Source: an uncultured Dehalococcoidales bacterium (GTDB taxonomy: Bacteria; Chloroflexota; Dehalococcoidia; Dehalococcoidales; BS750m-G39). Taken from it: a DNA stretch of 64,000 bases. The DNA is taken from contig CAZDHX010000004.1 in assembly GCA_964505425.1 (NCBI GenBank), positions 17,722 through 81,721 on the forward strand. The letters run 5' to 3'. The notes under the pieces were generated by a model. It saw only the letters and a list, made by a program, of their open reading frames with translations, did no database searches and was not told where the DNA came from. Below are positions 19,157 through 26,489 of this stretch, in pieces; position 1 is the first letter of the stretch; the number at the start of each line of letters is the position of its first letter. A program made the translations under genes and the position numbers.

Positions 19157-20185
19157 TTAAGAAGATGGCCGTTTCGACTTTGCCTCCTCAATTTCCTTCA
19201 GGTTCAGTTTCATGATTCTCGCTACATTCTTGTAACACATTAAATCAGCCTCTTCCTGGCTAAAATCATAGCCATACCGACTGGCGATCTCGGGCAAGTT
19301 TCGGAACAGATCGCACCATTCTTTAAGGATCTCAGCGGGGAAAGTGGGCATATCGGTGCCAAAGAGGATGTTGGCACATCCGCCAATTAACGTATTACGC
19401 ATAACGTCGAGCATATCAATGAAATCGGGGGTATGATCCTTGTATTTGCCTTTGCTTCCACGGAACCCACCTTTTATAACTGTAGGTGCCACCTGCCCCA
19501 TTTCAAGATTGATATTCGGAATATACCTAGCGGCAACGCACATCTCCTGCCATAGCTCCCCAATGCCGCCACCGGCATGAGCAGCGATAAACTCTAACTC
19601 GGGAAAATCTAGGGCTGCTTCTTCAAGATGGACAGGGTTAGCATATTTCGAGTATCTAAAAATACCGGCTCCCGTATGGACATTGACCGGTACTCCAAGC
19701 TCAAGGCATTTTTCGTAAAGCGGATAACATATCCTATCATTTGGATAGAAGCCGGTATGGGGAAGCAGTTTTAATCCTAAAGCACCCCACTCTTTGACAC
19801 CCTTCTCAAGAAGCTCAACCGCTGCCTTTCCTCGTAACGGGTTCACACCAATAAACGTATAGAACTTACCCTTGAGCCTTTTCGACCATTGACAGTATTC
19901 GAAATTAATCTCCTCAACGGACATCGGAGCCTCGTCACCAGCAAATCCCTCAGCACTACCGAAGTCGTTTGTCACATTAACACAAGCATCAATGCCACAG
20001 CTCTCCATAATCTTGATCCATCGTTCTGCGCCGGGGTCGAAATAATGTGGACGCGACTTCGCAAGCCATTCGTCAATAGTACCGAAGGGTAACTCCTTTC
20101 TGGATTCTCTCCATGCCATCGAACGCAAGAACCAATTCGGGAGCATCTCGCGAATCCAGACATGGCAATGAGCATCAATTAACAT
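19157..20185 (-). CDS. Amidohydrolase_2-family metal-dependent hydrolase/decarboxylase
   Basis: N-terminal IDAHCHVW metal-binding motif and later HTGAG, AHAGGG and FGTDMP. 342 aa. Confidence 0.7.
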   Translation of the reverse strand: MLIDAHCHVWIREMLPNWFLRSMAWRESRKELPFGTIDEWLAKSRPHYFDPGAERWIKIMESCGIDACVNVTNDFGSAEGFAGDEAPMSVEEINFEYCQWSKRLKGKFYTFIGVNPLRGKAAVELLEKGVKEWGALGLKLLPHTGFYPNDRICYPLYEKCLELGVPVNVHTGAGIFRYSKYANPVHLEEAALDFPELEFIAAHAGGGIGELWQEMCVAARYIPNINLEMGQVAPTVIKGGFRGSKGKYKDHTPDFIDMLDVMRNTLIGGCANILFGTDMPTFPAEILKEWCDLFRNLPEIASRYGYDFSQEEADLMCYKNVARIMKLNLKEIEEAKSKRPSS

Positions 20186-20220
20186 CTTTACCTCCTAAGA
20201 TTTTGTCTCGCTCTCATTAC

Positions 20221-20688
20221 TTATTCTTGTTTCCCCACCACAGCCTGGATAGCCTCAACGATTTTGGCATAGCCGGTACAGCGGCAGATATTGCCCGAGA
20301 GTGCTTTCCTGATTTCAGCCTCGGTCGGGTTAGGGTTTTCCTCCAGAAATGCTTTGGTGAATAATATCATGCCCGGAGTACAAAAACCGCATTGCACAGC
20401 CCCATGGTCGATAAAGGCTTTTTGGATGGGATGTAGATCCCCATTCTTAGCCAGGCCTTCAATAGTCGTTATGTTCCTGTTCCTGACACTAACAGCTAAG
20501 GTCAGGCAGGACCGTATTGGTTTACCGTCGAGAAGGACAGTGCAAGCCCCACACTTTCCGGTATCACAGCCATGCTTGGTGCCAGTGAGCCCCAGCCTTT
20601 CCCTAAGCACAAACATTAGTGTGTCACTGGGCTTTACTGTAACCTCATAAGGTTGTTCGTTGACAATGAGGTTTATTATCTGTCTCAA
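20221..20688 (-). CDS. Molybdenum hydroxylase small subunit, two [2Fe-2S] (CoxS/HcrC-like)
   Basis: Motifs GCDTGKCGACTV and CGFCTPG...CRCTGY. 155 aa. Confidence 0.9.
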   Translation of the reverse strand: MRQIINLIVNEQPYEVTVKPSDTLMFVLRERLGLTGTKHGCDTGKCGACTVLLDGKPIRSCLTLAVSVRNRNITTIEGLAKNGDLHPIQKAFIDHGAVQCGFCTPGMILFTKAFLEENPNPTEAEIRKALSGNICRCTGYAKIVEAIQAVVGKQE

Positions 20689-20690
20689 GT

Positions 20691-21554
20691 TTATCCTCCT
20701 ACCTCGGTATTCATGCAGGACGTCAGGGCTCTCATTGTGAGGACATAGGCCATCTGTTTTCGGTACTCGGCACTCGCCCTGACATCTGATATCGGGCTGC
20801 AGTCTTCCATGGCGAGCCGTGCCGCCTTGTCTATCGTGGCTTCGCTGATAGCTTTGCCAATAAGGGCCTCCTCGGCTTTTTTAGCTCTCAAGGGCGTTGG
20901 AAATACTGAGCCCAGAGCTATACGAGCACTGTCGAATCGGCTATTCTTCATGCTGACTAATGTAGCTACCGACACCACGGCCAGGTCAGATATTGACCTT
21001 GTCCCGAACTTTATGTATCCCCATCGGGCAGTTGTTGAAGGTAAAGGTATTTGGACTTCAGTAAGTATCTCATTTGGTTTCATTACTGTGTTGCCGGGTC
21101 CGGTAAAGAACTCCTCTACCGGCACCGTCCTGGTGCCGCCCAGTCCCGCTATATTCACTCTTGCTGATAATGCAATAAGGGGCGCCGGGGTATCGGCTCC
21201 CGGTGAAGCATTGCACAGGTTGCCTCCCAGGGTAGCCATATTGCCTATGGTAATCGAGGCGAATTGCTCAGCAACTTGGACAATCTGGGGACATACCCGC
21301 TTAAGCTCCGTTGACTTGGCTATCGACTGCATGGTAGTGGTCGCCCCGATTCTTATCACGTCCTCACAGCTGATGTAGGCGAGTCCAGGTACAGCTTTAA
21401 GGTCTATAATGTGCTTGGGCTTTCTAGTGTTCATTATCATCCTTATCACCAGGTCGGTACCACCAGCCATTACCTTCACCGACTCCTTGTGCTTATCGAG
21501 CAGGGAGATGGCTTCACTGACGGTTTGGGGCTCAAGATACTCAAAATCCTGCAT
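20691..21554 (-). CDS. Molybdenum hydroxylase FAD-binding medium subunit (CoxM/HcrB-like)
   Basis: Motifs AGGTDL and ATLGGNL and the CO-dehydrogenase flavoprotein C-terminal region. 287 aa. No Cys-rich insertion is present. Confidence 0.85.
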   Translation of the reverse strand: MQDFEYLEPQTVSEAISLLDKHKESVKVMAGGTDLVIRMIMNTRKPKHIIDLKAVPGLAYISCEDVIRIGATTTMQSIAKSTELKRVCPQIVQVAEQFASITIGNMATLGGNLCNASPGADTPAPLIALSARVNIAGLGGTRTVPVEEFFTGPGNTVMKPNEILTEVQIPLPSTTARWGYIKFGTRSISDLAVVSVATLVSMKNSRFDSARIALGSVFPTPLRAKKAEEALIGKAISEATIDKAARLAMEDCSPISDVRASAEYRKQMAYVLTMRALTSCMNTEVGG

Positions 21555-21555
21555 G

Positions 21556-23964
21556 CTACTTCCCTTCCTTTACCGCTAGCGCTTTCAAGATGGGCTCGCC
21601 TGAGATGGGCGGTATCTTGATTCTGACACCGACCGCGTCATACACGGCGTTGGCTATTGCCGGTGCAACTGAGCCTATACCTGCCGATTCACCCCCTCCT
21701 TTACACCCGTAGGCAAATCCAGGCTCAATGGACTCGATAAAAATCTTCTGAATAGGAGGCACGTTGGTCGCTAGAGGCACTTTGTAGTCATCGAAGTTGG
21801 GGTTAATGATTTTACCCGTCTTGCCGTCGACCATTATTCCTTCCATCAGCGCGGCTCCGATGCCCTGGGTTGTGGCGCCGTCTACCTGGCCTTCGAGTTG
21901 TTGCCGGTCAATGACCTTGCCGCAGTCGTCGGCTACTACTACATTTAGCAGTTTCACCAGTCCGGTCTCTTTATCGACCTCAACCTCAGCTATTACTGCA
22001 TCGTAGTAAGTGGCGTCGACACCACGGCCGTAGTGGGTCGAATGGCTGCTCTTAAGAATGTACTCGGTTTCAAGCCGCTCCTCTACTCCCTTGCCTACAA
22101 TCATCGAGCCTTCCCGCCTATGAACAGCGTAGTTCCCAATTTCAGCTAAAGTAAGTGATTTCTTCGGCTCGCCAACAACACTCACTTTACCCTTTTTGAA
22201 CTCTAGCTTATCCGGTGCTATGCCCAACATTAGCGAGGCGGTCTCAATTATCTGTTTCTTGGTGTCCTGACAGGCTAAATATGTCGCATTTACCCCCTGT
22301 GACATGATTCTTGAGCCGTGAGCACCCCATCCCCAGGGGACCCGGTCCGTGTCCTGCGGTACTAACTCGATATTTTCCAATGGTACGCCAAGCTCTTCAG
22401 CAACCACCATGGCAAAGGCGTTATGCACTCCCTGGCCATACTCGGCCTCACCAACCAGCAACTGTACTCCGCCATCCTCAAGCAGCTTGACATGAGCGAC
22501 ACTTCCGTAGAAACCGTCCGACGCCCGGTCATCAGTTTCGTGGCACATGCAGCCGATGCCTATACCTATGTTAGCCTGCTTATTTGCCCTCTTTTCCTTC
22601 CATCCTGCCGCCTCGGTCGCCTTCTTGATGCAGTCAGTAAATCCGCAGCTCCTGATAAACCACCCGGCGGGCGTAATGTCACCGGTTTGCGTAGCGTTCT
22701 TGAGCCTCAACTCTGCTGGGTCCATCCCCAGCTTTTCAGCCAATATGTCCATGAGCGATTCACGTGCCCAGGACATCTGAGCATCCCCGAAGCTCCGATA
22801 CGTACCGGGAGGTGTCTTATTGGTATAAATATTCTTGAAGGTGTGTCTTACATTCTTAAACCTGTAAAGAGCATCATTGCGTTCAAGCATGTGAAGTGAC
22901 CGGCGGTGCATCAGGTACTGAAAGGCGCCATTGTCCACCAAAATATCGGTAATCTCGGTGGTTAAGGTACCATCTTTCTTAGCGCTGAGCTTCATCCGTA
23001 TCGTCATATCGCCACGCGAGCGAATCAGCATGAAATCTTCAGTGCGTGTCCTGATTAGTTTTACCGGTCTTGCCGTCTTCATCGAGAGCAGAGCGGCAAT
23101 ATGGTGTAACTGAAGTGCGGTGAATTTGGAGCCAAAAGCCCCACCCACCGCCTCCTGGATAACTCTGAGCTTGGAGAGAGGGAGCCTGAGGTTATGAGCA
23201 ATCACATCCCGTATGTTAGATGGCCACTGGTTGCCTACCCAGAGAGTCAACTTCCCTGTCCCGATGTCATAGTCAGCAACACACCCTTGCGGCTCCATGT
23301 AGGCCGCCACCACATTGGTATATTTGAACTCATCTTCGACAACAATGTCCGCTTCTTTTAAGCCTTGTTCTACATTGCCCCGGTCATAAGTGACCCCCCA
23401 TGCGATGTTGTTCTTGATTTTGACCGGCTGGTAGGTTATCTGGTCTTTGTTGAGTTCAAATATCTCGTCATGTACCTGCGGCGCCCCTGGTTTCATGGCA
23501 TCGTCTACATTGAATACGCCGGGCAGTTCTTCGTATTTGACCTTTATCAACTCCAGTGCTTGCTCGGCTATCGCTTCGTCCGTCGCAGCTACAGCAGCGA
23601 CCTCCTGACCAACAAATCTCACTTTGCCGTCCCAGGCTAATATCGGTTCGTCCTTGACATCAATGCCTGGGTTATACATTCCATGGACATCCTTGCCCGT
23701 TATAACCGCCTTGACGCCAGACAGTTGCTCTGCCTGACTGGTGTCGATGGAGAGGATTCTGGCATGAGCGTACGGCGACCTCAGCACTTTAGCATACAGC
23801 ATACTTGGTGACAACACATCATCAGTGTATCTGGCTTTCCCAGTCGTTTTGCTCTTGGCGTCAATCCTACTGACTCTTGTACCAATCACGCTATAAGTGT
23901 CTTTGCGTTGGGTCCAATAACTTATTCTGTCTTTAACTTCGTCAGTCAGTACTTTGTCGTCCAT
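21556..23964 (-). CDS. Molybdopterin-binding large subunit of a xanthine dehydrogenase / aldehyde oxidase family enzyme (CoxL/HcrA-like)
   Basis: 802 aa. N-terminal a/b-hammerhead pattern (VIGTRVSRIDAKSKTTGKARYTDD), GGAFGSK, and a C-terminal GGGESAG motif. Confidence 0.85.
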   Translation of the reverse strand: MDDKVLTDEVKDRISYWTQRKDTYSVIGTRVSRIDAKSKTTGKARYTDDVLSPSMLYAKVLRSPYAHARILSIDTSQAEQLSGVKAVITGKDVHGMYNPGIDVKDEPILAWDGKVRFVGQEVAAVAATDEAIAEQALELIKVKYEELPGVFNVDDAMKPGAPQVHDEIFELNKDQITYQPVKIKNNIAWGVTYDRGNVEQGLKEADIVVEDEFKYTNVVAAYMEPQGCVADYDIGTGKLTLWVGNQWPSNIRDVIAHNLRLPLSKLRVIQEAVGGAFGSKFTALQLHHIAALLSMKTARPVKLIRTRTEDFMLIRSRGDMTIRMKLSAKKDGTLTTEITDILVDNGAFQYLMHRRSLHMLERNDALYRFKNVRHTFKNIYTNKTPPGTYRSFGDAQMSWARESLMDILAEKLGMDPAELRLKNATQTGDITPAGWFIRSCGFTDCIKKATEAAGWKEKRANKQANIGIGIGCMCHETDDRASDGFYGSVAHVKLLEDGGVQLLVGEAEYGQGVHNAFAMVVAEELGVPLENIELVPQDTDRVPWGWGAHGSRIMSQGVNATYLACQDTKKQIIETASLMLGIAPDKLEFKKGKVSVVGEPKKSLTLAEIGNYAVHRREGSMIVGKGVEERLETEYILKSSHSTHYGRGVDATYYDAVIAEVEVDKETGLVKLLNVVVADDCGKVIDRQQLEGQVDGATTQGIGAALMEGIMVDGKTGKIINPNFDDYKVPLATNVPPIQKIFIESIEPGFAYGCKGGGESAGIGSVAPAIANAVYDAVGVRIKIPPISGEPILKALAVKEGK

Positions 23965-24001
23965 TTTCTCCTCAATTCTACTTTTAACTGCACCTCACCT
24001 T

Positions 24002-24040
24002 CCGAAAAAGAATAGAGCCAATTGCATAATTGGCTCTATT
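24002..24040 (-). terminator. Intrinsic-terminator-like hairpin (or palindromic operator) in the leader of the Mo-hydroxylase operon
   Basis: Perfect 13-bp arms aatagagccaatt / aattggctctatt (24011-24023 and 24028-24040) with a 4-nt loop. On the minus strand the hairpin is followed by CTTTTTCGG, and it ends 47 nt upstream of the start codon at 23964. Confidence 0.55.
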
Positions 24041-24121
24041 CACCATAGGGTATATCCGTTCATGTTCTTTTGCTGTATCATAATGATAATCAGATAAGAA
24101 TATCACAAATGCTTAGCATCC

Positions 24122-24149
24122 ATTCTACCACACTATCGGGCATTGTCAA
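24122..24149 (-). promoter_or_regulatory. Sigma-70-type promoter for the 23964..9106 operon
   Basis: Minus strand reads TTGACA (24149-24144), a 16-nt spacer, then TAGAAT (24127-22) preceded by TGg (extended -10). Confidence 0.6.
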
Positions 24150-24519
24150 GCCCCTAGCGTATCGAATCTAATCACTTACTTAACAAAGAGACGAGTTCCT
24201 GGGGAGTAGGGAATTCTTTTGAGGGGACAACATGTCTTCCCGGTGAAGTCGTTGTCGTTGCAGCCGAAGTTATCGGCATACGCATCGATCAGACCTTTGC
24301 TAATATACATAATAGCATAGGCATAGCGGATAGCAATACTCTCCCTACTTTGCGGAATACTCACCAAGATATGCCGGAACAGTGGGGGAGGTTAATACTC
24401 ACGAGTATATTCTTATTTGACAAAAGATTAAGATTTTTATAAAGAATTTTATGAACCAGTGGAAAATGCTTCTATGAAGTGCTAAAATGAAATATTACAA
24501 TAAATGGTGGGAAATGTAT

Positions 24520-25011
24520 ATGGTAAAAACTGTATTTGATGCAGATGACGATTTGATGGTGTGGTGGTTAATACTACAGACAAGGGAAATTATGTATAAA
24601 GCCAGAACCAAGGAACTGTTTCAATATAGGGTTACGCCCCAAGAGTCTCAGGTTTTATGGGTTATTAAAGGTCTGGGCCACGCGCCAACGCCGACTGAGA
24701 TATCGCGATGGCTCTTGCGCGAACCACACGCAATCAGCACTATCTTGAAGAGAATGGAAAAGAAAGGCTTGGTGAGAAGAGAGTGTGATCCGCATAAAAA
24801 GAATGTGTTAAGAGTCTTTATCACGAAAAAGGGACTAGAACTGTACCCTAAGTTGGCAACGAGAGAGGTAGTCCACCAGGTAATGTCTGTAGTAACTGAA
24901 AAAGAGCGCCAGCAAATAAGGCCAATATTAAAGAAGATACGGGATAAATCAATAGACGTGCTGGCAACGTATAATAAAAAACTTATATCACCAGATTTTC
25001 TGGTTGGGTGA
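24520..25011 (+). CDS. MarR-family transcriptional regulator
   Basis: Winged-helix region LWVIKGLGHAPTPTEISRWLLREPHAISTILKRMEKKGLVRRECDPHKKNVLRVFITKKG. I prefer the ATG at 24520 (GGTGGG 8 nt upstream) over 24487. Confidence 0.8.
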   Translation: MVKTVFDADDDLMVWWLILQTREIMYKARTKELFQYRVTPQESQVLWVIKGLGHAPTPTEISRWLLREPHAISTILKRMEKKGLVRRECDPHKKNVLRVFITKKGLELYPKLATREVVHQVMSVVTEKERQQIRPILKKIRDKSIDVLATYNKKLISPDFLVG

Positions 25012-25975
25012 TAGATAGAATCTGCCCATTTTCCTCGAACCACCGCAGTGTATCCACCAGGGTTTCCTGAAACGGACGCGGATGATAGTCAAGTTCCCGA
25101 CTGGCCCTCTGGTGGCTTACGTTCCGGTGGCCGCGCAGTGCCCTGAGAGAAACGCTGGTATAGAGTGGTCGTCTGCCGGCTAGGCGGTCAAAGCCAGTGA
25201 TGAACGGGGCGCCAACGCGAGCCAGCCACATAGGGCAGACAAAACTGGGTGCGGGCACACCGCTTATCTCTGCAACCAGCCTGGCTAGGTCAGGTAGCGA
25301 TACCCAGTGGCCGGAAAGGATATACTTGGCACCGCTTGGCGCTCGTTCTTCGGCTCGTATTGCTGCTTGGGCAACATCGCGGACATCCACCCAGTCGAAT
25401 CCGCCAGCAACCAGGGCAGGCAATTTACCGTTCGCCATTCTCAACAGTGCCTCGCCGAGGTGTGACGGCTTGTAGTCATGGGGACCGATAACCGCCGTTG
25501 GGCTGACGATAATAGCGCCCAGCCCCCTTTTTATCCCCTGTAGTATTTCTCTCTCGGCGGCTGCTTTGGAGCGGTCGTAGGATGGGTAATTCCGGGATTC
25601 GCTGCGCATGATGACGGCAGGCTCTGATGCCATGGTGTAGATGGTGCTGAAGTGAACGAGGCGGCGTACTCTGCAACGCAGGCAAGCCTCAACCACGTTT
25701 CGGGTGCCGATAACATTGACCGATTCAAGCAGGGGCCATTCGTCCTTGAAGATGGAGATATGAGCCGCCAGGTGGTAGACCGCCTCGGCACCATCAAAGG
25801 CGTTAGCTAAGGACTCTGGGTCACGGATATCGCCTTTGATAACCTCAACGTCTAGCCCCTTGATGGCTCTTTGGTCTTCATGGACCAGGACACGCGTCCG
25901 CCGACCTTTGTCAAGCAGGGCACGTACCAGATTGGCCCCAACGTGTCCGGCGGCGCCGGTTACTGCTACCGTCAT
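24983..25975 (-). CDS. NAD-dependent epimerase/dehydratase family protein (SDR, dihydroflavonol-reductase/HpnA-like)
   Basis: N-terminal VTGAAGHVGANLVRAL Rossmann motif and YDRSK catalytic motif. 330 aa. Confidence 0.8.
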   Translation of the reverse strand: MTVAVTGAAGHVGANLVRALLDKGRRTRVLVHEDQRAIKGLDVEVIKGDIRDPESLANAFDGAEAVYHLAAHISIFKDEWPLLESVNVIGTRNVVEACLRCRVRRLVHFSTIYTMASEPAVIMRSESRNYPSYDRSKAAAEREILQGIKRGLGAIIVSPTAVIGPHDYKPSHLGEALLRMANGKLPALVAGGFDWVDVRDVAQAAIRAEERAPSGAKYILSGHWVSLPDLARLVAEISGVPAPSFVCPMWLARVGAPFITGFDRLAGRRPLYTSVSLRALRGHRNVSHQRASRELDYHPRPFQETLVDTLRWFEENGQILSITQPENLVI

Positions 25976-26062
25976 TTACCCCTTATTCTACATAAATGTT
26001 CCCCGGCTGTAAATGAGCGGTGGTTTTTTCCGTAATCCCCCAAATTTACCTCTGTCAACGTA

Positions 26063-26091
26063 TTGACATTGTGTAAAAGGTGGTTTATTAT
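26063..26091 (+). promoter_or_regulatory. Sigma-70-type promoter for the small zinc-ribbon gene
   Basis: TTGACA (26063-68), a 17-nt spacer, then TATTAT (26086-91), 20 nt upstream of the ATG at 26112. Confidence 0.6.
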
Positions 26092-26111
26092 CATACTCAA
26101 AAAGGGGGTGT

Positions 26112-26255
26112 ATGATGCAAGCCTATTGTGTCAAATGTCGAGCCAAAAGGGAAATGAAGGACGCTCAGACGATAAAGATGAAAAACGGTAGGCCGGCAAC
26201 AAAGGGAGTATGCCCGGTCTGCGGCACCAAGATGTTCCGAATAGGTAAAAGCTAG
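26112..26255 (+). CDS. Small zinc-ribbon protein (47 aa; resembles the family I recall as DUF5679)
   Basis: Not in the supplied track. My translation is MMQAYCVKCRAKREMKDAQTIKMKNGRPATKGVCPVCGTKMFRIGKS, with CxxC...CxxC, RBS AAGGGGG, its own promoter and a strong terminator. Confidence 0.75.
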   Translation: MMQAYCVKCRAKREMKDAQTIKMKNGRPATKGVCPVCGTKMFRIGKS

Positions 26256-26304
26256 GCCTGTAGCTATACTATTATAACTTTTATAACTTTGAGAATTGGG
26301 GGCA

Positions 26305-26346
26305 GGGCTAAACATTCCTTGGCCCAAGGAATGTTTAGCCCTTTTT
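26305..26346 (+). terminator. Rho-independent terminator
   Basis: 18-bp perfect arms gggctaaacattccttgg / ccaaggaatgtttagccc followed by TTTTT. Confidence 0.85.
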
Positions 26347-26489
26347 GTTATCGTGGCTGGGTATTGCCGCTGCATGAGTAGAGTGAAAATTTCGGCGGAA
26401 AAGTTAACATAAAAAAGCGTTAAAAAATTGAAAAGATGGTTTATAATGTGAAGTAATAACGGTGCCGAAGAGGTAGTTGCCAACATAGT

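Noticed and set aside
20221-23964. Calling the Mo enzyme 4-hydroxybenzoyl-CoA reductase (hcrABC) on the basis of the phenol-like neighbours
   Set aside because: The FAD subunit lacks the Cys-rich [4Fe-4S] insertion characteristic of HcrB. Only the family-level call is justified.
23965-24120. Moco or another known riboswitch in the leader of the Mo-hydroxylase operon
   Set aside because: The leader is AT-rich and I could not recognise conserved riboswitch cores by eye. Only the terminator-like hairpin is supported. This is kept as a question under findings, not as an ncRNA feature.
24176-24367. 63-aa minus-strand ORF (..ADNFGCNDNDFTGKTCCPLKRIPY..) in the 520-bp gap between the Mo-hydroxylase operon and marR. 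I considered it as a small Cys-rich peptide or a gene remnant.
   Set aside because: It has a GTG start with no Shine-Dalgarno sequence and lies upstream of the predicted operon promoter. I recognise no family and no maturation genes are nearby. It could be a remnant of a degraded gene, but I cannot support a call.
26097-26486. 129-aa minus-strand ORF
   Set aside because: It covers a plus-strand unit with promoter, RBS, a 47-aa zinc-ribbon ORF and a terminator, and then AT-rich intergenic DNA. It has no signals of its own.
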